From the NCBI GenBank assembly GCA_017438975.1, contig JAFRUH010000019.1, positions 12,656 to 76,655 of the forward strand: a DNA stretch of 64,000 nt, in the 5' to 3' direction. How positions within the stretch are numbered: position 1 is the stretch's first letter; the number at the start of each line of letters is the position of its first letter. Both the position numbers and the translations under genes were made by a program. The DNA is from Bacteroidales bacterium (GTDB lineage Bacteria; Bacteroidota; Bacteroidia; Bacteroidales; UBA932). The notes below the pieces were generated by a model. The model saw nothing but the letters and a program-made list of their open reading frames with translations. It was not told where the DNA came from and ran no database searches. Shown here piece by piece: positions 9,873-19,382 of the stretch.

Positions 9873-10724
9873 TTAGAAACTAATGTATTTGGCCGGATCC
9901 ACGGCCGTCCCCCGGTACCAGAGTTCGAGATGGAGATGGTCTCCCGTGGTCAAGGAACCGGAATTCCCGACAAGGGCGACCGGCGTTCCCGCCTTGACGC
10001 TCTCCCCGGTAGCCTTGAGCAGCTTCTGGTTGCGCCTGTATACCGAAATGATATCCCCGTTATGCTGAAGCACGAGGGTATAGCCCGTATCCTCGTCCCA
10101 CCCCGCGAACACGACCGTCCCGTCCAGAACAGCCGTCACGACCGATCCGGCTGGAGCGGTAATGTCGAGATAGGGATGTTGTCTGGCATCATAACCCTGG
10201 GAAACGACACCCTTGACCGGTGTAAAGAAATGGACCCCTTCGATCGGCAGGTCGCGATGGATCCGGGGCACCTGGAACTGTTCTTCCTCCTGGACCCGGG
10301 CCCGCAGCAGGGAGTCCCTCGAAGCAAGGGTGGCGGAATCGGCGGTCTCGCGTTCCCGGCTGATCCGCCGGATCAGGCTGTCGAGCCTGACCGGCTCCTC
10401 GCCGGAGACGACCCGCTTGAGATTTTCCGTATAAAGTTCCCACTGGAGGATCTGTGTCTCCAGGGAATCGATCCGCATGGCGTTCTGGATGGCCTGACGC
10501 TTGGTCCGCGCATCCGGATAGCCCGGAATGAAGGTTCGGATCGGGGTGAAAGCGATGAGGCAGAAGATTCCGACGAGCAGGGCGACGACGGCGGCGACCG
10601 CCGCCACCATCATGCGCGCCCGCGAGAAGCGGCGGAACCAAAGGACCTTGTGGGTCGTATCGTCGACTAGGGAGAGCCTGAATTTCTCTACTTGATTATC
10701 CTTAGTGTTATTCGGTTTCTCCAT
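9873..10724 (-). CDS. M23 family peptidase with N-terminal membrane anchor
   Basis: TM segment, then H-x3-D (HPYLD) and HLH; start set at MEKPNN (10724) because the longer ORF overlaps ruvX. Confidence 0.85.
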   Translation of the reverse strand: MEKPNNTKDNQVEKFRLSLVDDTTHKVLWFRRFSRARMMVAAVAAVVALLVGIFCLIAFTPIRTFIPGYPDARTKRQAIQNAMRIDSLETQILQWELYTENLKRVVSGEEPVRLDSLIRRISRERETADSATLASRDSLLRARVQEEEQFQVPRIHRDLPIEGVHFFTPVKGVVSQGYDARQHPYLDITAPAGSVVTAVLDGTVVFAGWDEDTGYTLVLQHNGDIISVYRRNQKLLKATGESVKAGTPVALVGNSGSLTTGDHLHLELWYRGTAVDPAKYISF

Positions 10725-10746
10725 AAAAAATACTACATTTGCATTT

Positions 10747-11235
10747 ATGGACAGACTGATCGGAATAGATTTCGGGAAAAAGCGCACCGGCCTTGCCGTC
10801 AGCGACCCCCTGCATATCTTTTCATCCGCCCTTGATACGGTCGATACTGCAAAGTTAATAGATTATCTCAAAAATTACGCGCAAAAAGAGACAATCGAAC
10901 GCTTTGTCGTCGGATTTCCCGTGAACATGGACGGCAGTCCCTCGGAGGCGGCCTCCGGGGTCGAAACGTTCCTGAAACAACTGGAAAAGGCCTTCCCGGA
11001 CATCCCCGTCAGCCTGGAGGACGAACGGTTCACCTCCGTCCTCGCCCACCGCATCATGATCGACGGCGGGATGAAGGCTTCGGACCGGAAGGACAAGAAG
11101 TCCGTGGACCGGATCAGCGCCGCCCTGATCCTGCAAAGTTACCTGGACAGGACGCAAGGAGCGGTTTTTGCAGTAGACCCGGAGTCCGTTCCTGAATCAC
11201 GTTCCAGGAAGGTTACAAAACGAAAAAGGAGATAA
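10747..11235 (+). CDS. ruvX: Holliday junction resolvase RuvX/YqgF
   Basis: GIDFGKKRTGLAVSD, DERFTS, VDRISAALILQSYL; start at MDRLIG (10747). Confidence 0.95.
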   Translation: MDRLIGIDFGKKRTGLAVSDPLHIFSSALDTVDTAKLIDYLKNYAQKETIERFVVGFPVNMDGSPSEAASGVETFLKQLEKAFPDIPVSLEDERFTSVLAHRIMIDGGMKASDRKDKKSVDRISAALILQSYLDRTQGAVFAVDPESVPESRSRKVTKRKRR

Positions 11236-11236
11236 T

Positions 11237-11791
11237 ATGATACAACCGATCTACCTGTACGGTTCGCAGGTGCTGAGAGAGGTCGCCGAACCGGCCGACC
11301 TCAACGACAAGGAAGGGATTGCGACCCTCGTCCAGGACCTCAAAGATACCTTGAAAGCTTCCGAGGGCTGCGGTCTCGCCGCCCCCCAGATCGGAGTCAG
11401 CCGCCGGGTCGTCATCGTCGACGGCACCGAGATGACCGATGTCTACGACTACCTCAAAGACTTCCGGCGCACCCTGATCAACCCTGAAATCCTCGAAGAG
11501 AGCGAAGAACGCTGCACCTATTCCGAGGGCTGCCTCAGCATCCCCGGGATCTACGCCGACGTCGTCCGCCCCAAGCGGATCACGGTCCGTTACCGGGACG
11601 AATCCCTGCAGGAGGTCACCGAGACCTTCGACAATTTCGCCGCCAGGATGGTCCAGCACGAACTCTCCCACCTCGAAGGGGACCTGTTCACCGACCGGGT
11701 CGCCCCGATCCGGAAGAAGATCCTCGGGAAGAAGCTCGTCAGCATCGCCCACGGAAAAGTCCACCCGCATTATAACTCTAAAATCAAATAA
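11237..11791 (+). CDS. def: Peptide deformylase
   Basis: GLAAPQIG, EGCLS, QHELSH. Confidence 0.97.
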   Translation: MIQPIYLYGSQVLREVAEPADLNDKEGIATLVQDLKDTLKASEGCGLAAPQIGVSRRVVIVDGTEMTDVYDYLKDFRRTLINPEILEESEERCTYSEGCLSIPGIYADVVRPKRITVRYRDESLQEVTETFDNFAARMVQHELSHLEGDLFTDRVAPIRKKILGKKLVSIAHGKVHPHYNSKIK

Positions 11792-11795
11792 CACC

Positions 11796-13154
11796 ATGGG
11801 AGCATTTCACGCATATGACATAAGGGGAATCTACAATGTGGATTTCGACAAGGAGACTGCCTACAAGGTCGGGTATTTCCTTCCGATCCTCCTCGAAGCC
11901 GACAAGGTCCTTGTAGGACGCGACTGCCGGGTCTCTTCCGACGAGATCCACGACTACCTCATCCAGGGCATCACCGATTCCGGTGCAGACGTCTACGACA
12001 TCGGGCTTTCGACGACCCCGATGGTCTATTTCGGGACTGCCAACTATGGATTCAAGGCCTCTGTCCAAATCACCGCGTCCCACAATCCCGCCGAATACAA
12101 CGGAATGAAAGTCTCCCGGAACGACGCCCTTCCGGTCGGTCTCGAGACCGGTCTCGGGACGATCAAGGAATGGATCGAAGAGGGGCGCCCCATGCCTCCG
12201 GCGGAAAAGAAAGGCTCCGTCCATCCCAAGGACATCCGCGGTGACTATATGAACTTCCTCCTCCGCTACCGGGGGGACCTGACCGGCCTCAACATCGCCT
12301 TCGACCTCTCGAACGGCATGTCCTGCCTCTTCGCCCGCGAACTCTTCGGGGACGGCCCCGCCTACATCTTCGACGAGATGGACGGACGTTTCCCGAACCA
12401 TGAACCCAATCCGCTCATTCCCAAGAACGTGGAAGCTCTCCGCGCGCTCGTCCGCGAGAAAGGTTCCGACATCGGTGTCATCTACGACGGCGACGCGGAC
12501 CGCGTCATGTTCGTCGACGAGAAGGCCCGGTTCATCTCCCCGGACCTCATCATCGCCCTGATGGGCCATTATTTCATCGAAGACCGCGGTCTCAAGGGCA
12601 TCGTCCTCCAGGACATCCGCTCTTCCAAGGCCGTCGGCGAGTACCTCGCCCCGATGGGCGGAAAGATGCATACCTGGAAGGTCGGACGCGCCAACGCCGC
12701 CCTCAAACTCCGTGAACTCGACGGCGTCTGGGGCGGAGAACTGGCCGGCCACTACTATTTCCGGGAGTTCTTCTACTCCGACAGCGGTCTTCTCGCCTCG
12801 CTGATCGTGCTTTGGATCGTCGCCGAACTCAAAAAGAAAGGCACGACCCTCTCCGAGGCCATCGACCGGATCGCCCGCTACCAGAATTCGGGCGAGATCA
12901 ACTACCGCGTCGAGGACAAGAAGGGCGCGATGGAAGCCCTCCGCGAGCATTTCACCTCCAGGGAACAGGCGACCGCTTTCATGGACTTCGACGGATACCG
13001 CATCGAATTCCCCGACTGGTGGTTCAACATCCGTCCCTCCAATACCGAACCCTACCTGCGCTTCATCTGCGAAGCCACTTCGAAAGAACTTCTCGCTGAA
13101 AAGATCGCCGAAACGGACAAGATCCTCCGCGAGAAATTTAACGCAACTAGGTAA
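11796..13154 (+). CDS. Phosphomannomutase/phosphoglucomutase
   Basis: HAYDIRG, TASHNP phospho-Ser motif, DGDADR, GELAGH, RPSNTEP. Confidence 0.93.
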   Translation: MGAFHAYDIRGIYNVDFDKETAYKVGYFLPILLEADKVLVGRDCRVSSDEIHDYLIQGITDSGADVYDIGLSTTPMVYFGTANYGFKASVQITASHNPAEYNGMKVSRNDALPVGLETGLGTIKEWIEEGRPMPPAEKKGSVHPKDIRGDYMNFLLRYRGDLTGLNIAFDLSNGMSCLFARELFGDGPAYIFDEMDGRFPNHEPNPLIPKNVEALRALVREKGSDIGVIYDGDADRVMFVDEKARFISPDLIIALMGHYFIEDRGLKGIVLQDIRSSKAVGEYLAPMGGKMHTWKVGRANAALKLRELDGVWGGELAGHYYFREFFYSDSGLLASLIVLWIVAELKKKGTTLSEAIDRIARYQNSGEINYRVEDKKGAMEALREHFTSREQATAFMDFDGYRIEFPDWWFNIRPSNTEPYLRFICEATSKELLAEKIAETDKILREKFNATR

Positions 13155-13158
13155 TATA

Positions 13159-14193
13159 ATGAATTTCAAGACGTTACTAACATCCTTCCTAACCCTCTTC
13201 CTCCCCCTTGTTCCGACCCTCGCCCAGGAGCCGGCGGATTCTCTCCGCAAGGCTTTCGGGAAAGAGGCGGTCCCTTCCTCGAAAGGGACGGCCACGCCCG
13301 ACGCCGATACCCTGGACACGGGCAATCCCGGGGTGAAGGTCATCCTTTTCAGCAACCACACCTGGCGCTATATCAAGGACCCGAAACTGGTTTCCGACAG
13401 CAAGGTCTTCACGGAAGCCTGGGACTCCAAGTCTACGAACCCGTACCGGGAGGCGAATCCTCCGGAATCGGTCACGCTCTGGATCGTCGACACCCTCGAC
13501 TCCTACTGCTGTCCGAACCAGACGACCCCCTCCTCGAAGTTCGGATACCGGCACGGGCGTGCCCATACGGGCATCGACCTCCCCTATCCGAAAGGGACTC
13601 CGGTCTATGCCGCCTTTGACGGAAAGGTCCGTCTCTCCGACTATGTCGGGGGCTACGGCAACCTGGTCGTCCTCCGCCACGAAAACGGCTTGGAAACCTT
13701 CTACGGGCATCTTTCAGAGAGCAAGGTCTCCCCGGGCGAATGGGTCCATGCCGGAGACGTCATCGGACTCGGCGGCTCGACCGGCCGGTCTTCGGGCCCG
13801 CACCTGCATTTCGAGACCCGCTACAAGGGGCACGCCTTCGATCCTTCCTGGCTGATCGATTTCCAGACCGGCACCCTCCGCCACCGCCTTTTCCGCTTAA
13901 AGAGCAGCTACTTCAATCCCCACAGCCGCTATGTCCAGACGGAAGAAGACGAGGATGAGATCAACATCGCCGACGAGAAAGACCGCATCGAGGCTGAGGA
14001 GAAGGCCAAGAAGGAAGCCGCCGCCCGTGAAGCGGCCGCCCTTGCCGCGATCAAGTACCACACCGTCCGGAAGGGCGACACCCTCTCCGGCATCGCCGTG
14101 AAGTACCATACCTCCGTCAAGACTCTCTGCCGCCTCAACGGCATCAAAGAAACCAAGACCCTCCAGATCGGACAGAAGATCAGAGTTAAATAA
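13159..14193 (+). CDS. M23 peptidase with C-terminal LysM
   Basis: HTGID, YGHL, GPHLHFE; C-terminal YHTVRKGDTLSGIA LysM. Confidence 0.9.
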   Translation: MNFKTLLTSFLTLFLPLVPTLAQEPADSLRKAFGKEAVPSSKGTATPDADTLDTGNPGVKVILFSNHTWRYIKDPKLVSDSKVFTEAWDSKSTNPYREANPPESVTLWIVDTLDSYCCPNQTTPSSKFGYRHGRAHTGIDLPYPKGTPVYAAFDGKVRLSDYVGGYGNLVVLRHENGLETFYGHLSESKVSPGEWVHAGDVIGLGGSTGRSSGPHLHFETRYKGHAFDPSWLIDFQTGTLRHRLFRLKSSYFNPHSRYVQTEEDEDEINIADEKDRIEAEEKAKKEAAAREAAALAAIKYHTVRKGDTLSGIAVKYHTSVKTLCRLNGIKETKTLQIGQKIRVK

Positions 14194-14199
14194 TTGATC

Positions 14200-15336
14200 A
14201 TGAAACACTTCCTGACAACCCTTCTCGCTGCCCTGACAATCATGGCCGCAGCATCCGCCCAAACCGTTTATCCAAGAACCATCGAATCCGGCGCCTGGAA
14301 TTCCGGACATGTCCAGGGCATCGCCCTCGACAGGGACGGGTATATGTACTTTTCCTTTACGGACATGATTGTCAAAACCGACCTCTCGGGCAAGGTAATC
14401 GGGACCGTAACTGGCCTTCTCGGACATCTCGGCTGCCTTGACTACAACGAAGAAGACGGGCTGGTCTACGGCTCCCTCGAATACAAGGACGACGTGATCG
14501 GCCAGGGAATCCTCCGGCGGAACAATTCAGACCTTCAATACAGCAATACCTTCTACATCGCCATCATCGACGGCTCCAAAATCGTCCGGGAGAACATGGA
14601 CGCGCTCAAGGACAGGATCGTCCGCTGCGTCAACCTTCCTTCGGTCGTATCGGATTACGAGGCCACGGTCGAAGTCGGCGGCAAGACCCTGGAACACAGG
14701 CTCGGATGCAGCGGTATCGACGGGGTCAGCTTCGGGCCGAAATTCGGAAAGAAGGGTGGACGGAACTACCTGACCGTCGCCTACGGAATCTATGGAGACA
14801 ACGACCGTACGGACAACGACTACCAGGTCCTCCTCCAGTACGATGTACGGAAATGGGGGAAGAAATACGCCAAGCCCCTTGAAGTCGGGAACATGCATAA
14901 GGACGGCCCAGCCAGGCCCGACCGGATCTATTACGCCTTCACCGGGAACACCAACTGGGGCGTCCAGAACCTGGAATACGACCCCGCGACGGGATACTGG
15001 CTGATGTGCTGCTACAAGGGCAAGAAGCCGCAGTATCCGAACTTCTCGCTCTTCGCCGCAGACGGTTCCTCAAAACCCGTCCGGCAGGCGCTTCAGGGCG
15101 TTCCCTATGTCCGGAAAGGACTTGTCGTTCCCCTTGCAGACGCCGGCATGAAAGACGGGAAGAGCGGGGTGAGAGGCTGGCGGTTCAAATACGGATCTAC
15201 CGGCATCCTTTCTCTCGGCAACGGTCTCTTCTACATCTCCGAAAACAGCAAGACAAAGGAAGGCCTGCAGCAAACGGTCCTTCGCCTGTACCGCTGGACC
15301 GGTGACCCCGAGGGACCTTTCGTCCCGGAGAAATAA
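14200..15336 (+). CDS. Secreted conserved hypothetical protein (possibly beta-propeller)
   Basis: Signal peptide MKHFLTT...ASA; host-like codon usage; repeated short beta-strand motifs (HVQGIALD, HLGCLDY, GIDGVSF, GVQNLEY). Confidence 0.75.
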   Translation: MKHFLTTLLAALTIMAAASAQTVYPRTIESGAWNSGHVQGIALDRDGYMYFSFTDMIVKTDLSGKVIGTVTGLLGHLGCLDYNEEDGLVYGSLEYKDDVIGQGILRRNNSDLQYSNTFYIAIIDGSKIVRENMDALKDRIVRCVNLPSVVSDYEATVEVGGKTLEHRLGCSGIDGVSFGPKFGKKGGRNYLTVAYGIYGDNDRTDNDYQVLLQYDVRKWGKKYAKPLEVGNMHKDGPARPDRIYYAFTGNTNWGVQNLEYDPATGYWLMCCYKGKKPQYPNFSLFAADGSSKPVRQALQGVPYVRKGLVVPLADAGMKDGKSGVRGWRFKYGSTGILSLGNGLFYISENSKTKEGLQQTVLRLYRWTGDPEGPFVPEK

Positions 15337-15342
15337 CAAAAT

Positions 15343-15372
15343 AGAAGGGGCTGTTTTCAGCCAGCCCCTTCT
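15343..15372. terminator. Hairpin terminator between convergent genes
   Basis: AGAAGGGGCTG-N8-CAGCCCCTTCT perfect 11-bp stem. Confidence 0.8.
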
Positions 15373-15397
15373 CTAATCAACTTGGAAACGAACCGGA

Positions 15398-16444
15398 TCA
15401 GAACCGGATATAGGTCATGAACCAGAGTTCGTTGTAGCGGGCGTTCGTAAGCATCCGGTCGTTGTGCAGACGGTACTCGAGCTGGAAATTCAGGTTCTTG
15501 TGCAGACGGAAATTCGCACAGGCGGAGTACATGTCGTGGCTGCTCTCGCTATTCGCATGGGCACGGAACTCATCCCACTTCAGATAAAGCTTGAACCAAG
15601 GCTTGAACGGAATGCCGGCAGTAACGTACAAGGCATCCGCGGCACCGCTCTGCTCCTTCTCACCTCCGATGGCGGTGGCATATTCAGCCCGGAAGGTCCA
15701 GTTGTCGCGGTCATAGTTCACACCGGCGCTGATGCGCTCGCGCTTGAGTTCGACCTTGTTGGCATTGACCCAGTTCCCTTTCCATCCGAACACGCCGAGA
15801 CGCAGGCCCTGGATCGGCTGGACCTGGATGGTACCGATGATGTCCTTGGTGGAGTTGGCGTCGGCAAGGTTGATACCCTGGCCGTTGTACACGCCGAACT
15901 GGTAATGGAGCAGCCGGTAGCTGTCGTCATTGACCGGGAAAAGGTCGCCCTGGACCTGGAGACCCTGGTCACGCCCTCCCATGTTGGCTTCACCGAGGCG
16001 GTCGCCCATACCGGCCATCTTCTGGACCAGGAAAGAGAAATCACCGACTCCCACATCCCAGGGATTCATCGGGTTCTCAAAAGTAAAGGCACGCTTGAAC
16101 TGACCCAGCTTGACGGAGAACTCCTTATACTTGGCCCACTCGATATAGTAATCCTTTACATGGGGGTTCTGCCCGTTCATCTGGAGCTGGATGCGGTACT
16201 TGAAATCGGTGAAGATGCTGCCGTCCACATAGAGACGGATCAGCCGGCAGTTGAACCCAGGGCCGCCGTTGGCGCCTTCCTTGTCACTGTACTTATAGGA
16301 ACCGATGATGTATCCGCCGAACTTCGGAACGCTGGCAAATCCGGTCTGCTTGTAGCCATATTCCGGCGTTTCGCCATTCCCGGCGAATGCTGCGACGGAA
16401 AAAAGGGTCGCTGCGGAAAGGAGGGAAACGATAAACTTTTTCAT
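15398..16444 (-). CDS. OprO/OprP-like outer-membrane porin
   Basis: Signal peptide, RLIRLYVDG, VKLGQFKRAF, GRDQG, alternating beta strands, terminal Phe (YIRF); start taken at MKKFIV. Confidence 0.8.
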   Translation of the reverse strand: MKKFIVSLLSAATLFSVAAFAGNGETPEYGYKQTGFASVPKFGGYIIGSYKYSDKEGANGGPGFNCRLIRLYVDGSIFTDFKYRIQLQMNGQNPHVKDYYIEWAKYKEFSVKLGQFKRAFTFENPMNPWDVGVGDFSFLVQKMAGMGDRLGEANMGGRDQGLQVQGDLFPVNDDSYRLLHYQFGVYNGQGINLADANSTKDIIGTIQVQPIQGLRLGVFGWKGNWVNANKVELKRERISAGVNYDRDNWTFRAEYATAIGGEKEQSGAADALYVTAGIPFKPWFKLYLKWDEFRAHANSESSHDMYSACANFRLHKNLNFQLEYRLHNDRMLTNARYNELWFMTYIRF

Positions 16445-16445
16445 A

Positions 16446-17897
16446 TTATGCTCCAAAAGGGAAAATCTTGGTGAGCCAGAAGAAACCGAGGACGAAACCG
16501 ATTACGCCGACGATAATGCCGACCTTGGCCATCTCCTTGGTCTCGACGAGACCGGTAGATGCCGCGATGGCGTTCGGAGGGGTGGAAATCGGGAAGAGCA
16601 TCGCGATCGAAGCGCAGACAGCGATGAAGGAGATCATGGCCTGGGTACCGCCGAGAGCGACGAAGTTCGCGTTGTTGGCGGCTGCGGGATCGGCCATGCC
16701 TTCGGCCACGACGATCAGGATCGGGATCAGCAGGGCGGCTGTCGCACTGTTCGAGATGAAGTTCGACAGGAAGTAGCAGACGAGACCCGCGACGACCAGG
16801 ATCAGTACGACGCTCATCGATCCGAACGGAATCGCATTGATGAGGACCTTCGCAAGACCGGTTCCCTGGAGACAGGTTCCGAGGGCGAAACCGCCGGCGA
16901 CGAGCCAGAGGACCGTCCAGTTGATCTCCTTGATATCATCTTTCGTAAAGATACCGCAGGCGGTCAGGACGCCGAGCGGGATCAGGGCGACGACGTTGGA
17001 ATTGATCTTGGTCCACTGCTCGGTCGCCCAGAGAAGGATCGTTCCGATGAACGTGATCCAGACGACATAGGTCTTCCAGTCGGCCTTGCGCTTGTTCTCA
17101 GGGATTTCCAGGACAAGTTTCTTCGTCTTGAAGGGGAAGAAGAGCTGCAGGAGGAGCCAGGCGACAAAGAGCATGATCAGCACATAGGGGACCATCCTGA
17201 CGGCCCATTCCATGAAGGTCACCTCGCAGCCGGCCTCGGCCAGGAACTTGACGGCCGTGGCATTCGGAGGGGTACCGATCGGAGTGCCGATACCACCGAG
17301 GTTCGCAGCGACCGGGATCGACAGGGCGAGACCGATCTTGCCCTTGTCATCCGCGGGGAGGACGGCGAGAACCGGCGCCAGGAAGGCCAGCATCATCGCC
17401 GCCGTCGCGGTATTGGACATAAACATTGAGAAGATGGCAATGACGATCAGGAAACCCAGGAGGACCATCTTGGGGTTGGTGCCGAAGGGCTTCAGGAGGA
17501 ACCTGGCCAGCGTCACGTCAAGACCGTACTTCTCCGCCATGATGGCGAGGACGAAACCGCCGAGGAAGAGCATGACGACCGGATCCGCGAAGGCCGCCAT
17601 CAGGCTCTTGTAGCCGACAAGCTGACCGAGTTCGGGCTTGCAGAAGAAACCGATTCCCTTGTCGGAAACGGTCAGCAGGGAAATGACAATGACAAGGAGG
17701 GAAGTCGTCCAGTTCGGAATGATCTCGAAGATCCACATGAGCGCAGCGAAAACGAAGAGCGCGATGACCCGCTGCTGGACAACGGTGAGGGCCTCGATCC
17801 CGTAGAAACTGGTCGGTACGGCCCAGAGGAAGATTGTGATCAGCAGCACGATGGGCAGGAAGACACAATACTTCAGATTCAGTTTTTTGTTTGCCAT
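16446..17897 (-). CDS. SLC13/DASS family anion:sodium symporter
   Basis: Many TM helices; MSNTATAA, GTPIGTPPN, ISNSATAA, PISTPPNAI. Confidence 0.9.
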   Translation of the reverse strand: MANKKLNLKYCVFLPIVLLITIFLWAVPTSFYGIEALTVVQQRVIALFVFAALMWIFEIIPNWTTSLLVIVISLLTVSDKGIGFFCKPELGQLVGYKSLMAAFADPVVMLFLGGFVLAIMAEKYGLDVTLARFLLKPFGTNPKMVLLGFLIVIAIFSMFMSNTATAAMMLAFLAPVLAVLPADDKGKIGLALSIPVAANLGGIGTPIGTPPNATAVKFLAEAGCEVTFMEWAVRMVPYVLIMLFVAWLLLQLFFPFKTKKLVLEIPENKRKADWKTYVVWITFIGTILLWATEQWTKINSNVVALIPLGVLTACGIFTKDDIKEINWTVLWLVAGGFALGTCLQGTGLAKVLINAIPFGSMSVVLILVVAGLVCYFLSNFISNSATAALLIPILIVVAEGMADPAAANNANFVALGGTQAMISFIAVCASIAMLFPISTPPNAIAASTGLVETKEMAKVGIIVGVIGFVLGFFWLTKIFPFGA

Positions 17898-17933
17898 CTG
17901 TTATTGATATTATACTTACTTTCCTATAAAAAA

Positions 17934-17960
17934 TTGCGGTCCTTGCATTAAGGACCGCAA
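17934..17960 (-). terminator. Terminator downstream of gdh
   Basis: TTGCGGTCCTT-N5-AAGGACCGCAA perfect 11-bp stem followed by a T tract on the minus strand. Confidence 0.8.
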
Positions 17961-18004
17961 ATTTACTCAATAATTTGCAAATAGCAATTGAAATCCTCTA
18001 CAAA

Positions 18005-19348
18005 TTAGATGATTCCCTGCTCGAGCATCGCGGTGGCAACTTTCATGAAGCCGGCGATGTTCGCCCCCTTGACATAATCGACCGTTCCGTCCGGCTGGGT
18101 GCCGAACTTGACGCACTGCTCATGGATGGATTTCATGATGAAATGCAGTTTCTCGTCGACTTCCTTCGCATCCCAGGAGATATGCTCCGCATTCTGGGTC
18201 ATCTCCAGACCGGAAGTGGCGACGCCGCCGGCATTGACGGCCTTGCCCGGGGCAAAAAGGATCCCGTTGTGCTGGAAGTAGTGGATGGCGCCCGGCTGGC
18301 AGCCCATGTTGGACACCTCGCAGCAGCACCAGCAACCGTTGGCCACAAGTTCCTTCGCATCGTCTTCGGAGAGTTCGTTCTGGAACGCGCAAGGGAGAGC
18401 GATGTCGACCGGAATCGACCATGCCTTCTTATCAGGGGTGAAGATCGCCTTCCCGGGGAAACGGGTCGCCATATCCTCAACCCGGTTGCGGTTGGAAGCG
18501 CGCATTTCGAGCATGTAGTCGATCATCTCCTTGGTGATGCCGTCCGGAATCTCGCAGACCCCGTCCGGGCCGGAGATCGCGACGACCTTAGCACCGAGCT
18601 CGGTTGCCTTGGTGGCAGCGCCCCAAGCTACGTTTCCGAAGCCGGAGAGAGCCACTTTCTTGCCCTTGATGTCCTTGCCGGCCTTCTGGAGAAGGTGCTG
18701 GGTGAAATAGAGAGCGCCGAAGCCGGTCGCCTCCGGACGGAGGATCGAACCGCCCCATGTGCCGCCCTTTCCGGTCAGGACACCGGTATTGTACTCGCGG
18801 GCCAATTTCTTATACATACCATAGAGGAAGCCGATTTCGCGGCCGCCCACGCCGACGTCGCCCGCCGGAATGTCCTGGTCGGGACCGATGCAGTTCCAGA
18901 GCTCCAGCATGAAGGCCTGGCAGAACCGCATGATTTCAGCATTGGACTTGCCTACGGGATCGAAATCGGATCCACCCTTTGCACCGCCCATCGGCAGGGT
19001 CGTGAGGGCATTCTTGAAGGTCTGCTCGAAGCCGAGGAATTTCAGCATCGAAGGGGTGACCGCCCTATGGAAACGGAGACCGCCCTTGTAGGGACCGATG
19101 GCGCTATTGAACTGGATGCGGTAACCGGTATTGGTCTGAACCTTACCCTGGTCATCGATCCACGTTACGCGGAACGTAAAGATACGGTCCGGTTCGACGA
19201 TGCGCTCGACGATCTTCGCCGCCTCGAATTCGGGATGCTGGTTATAGACATCCTCGATCGATTCAAGAACTTCCTGCACGGCCTGGAGATATTCTTTCTC
19301 TCCAGGATACTTGGCCTGCAGACGGGCCATGATTTCTGTGGTTTTCAT
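18005..19348 (-). CDS. gdhB: Glutamate dehydrogenase (resembles the Bacteroides GdhB type)
   Basis: GPYKGGLRF, GGAKGG, DIPAGD, RPEATG; SGFGNVAWGAATKATELGAKV resembles GdhB rather than GdhA as I recall them. Cofactor specificity is inferred. Confidence 0.9.
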   Translation of the reverse strand: MKTTEIMARLQAKYPGEKEYLQAVQEVLESIEDVYNQHPEFEAAKIVERIVEPDRIFTFRVTWIDDQGKVQTNTGYRIQFNSAIGPYKGGLRFHRAVTPSMLKFLGFEQTFKNALTTLPMGGAKGGSDFDPVGKSNAEIMRFCQAFMLELWNCIGPDQDIPAGDVGVGGREIGFLYGMYKKLAREYNTGVLTGKGGTWGGSILRPEATGFGALYFTQHLLQKAGKDIKGKKVALSGFGNVAWGAATKATELGAKVVAISGPDGVCEIPDGITKEMIDYMLEMRASNRNRVEDMATRFPGKAIFTPDKKAWSIPVDIALPCAFQNELSEDDAKELVANGCWCCCEVSNMGCQPGAIHYFQHNGILFAPGKAVNAGGVATSGLEMTQNAEHISWDAKEVDEKLHFIMKSIHEQCVKFGTQPDGTVDYVKGANIAGFMKVATAMLEQGII

Positions 19349-19382
19349 TACAGTTTTATTGGTTATGATTTAGTAAGAAGTA

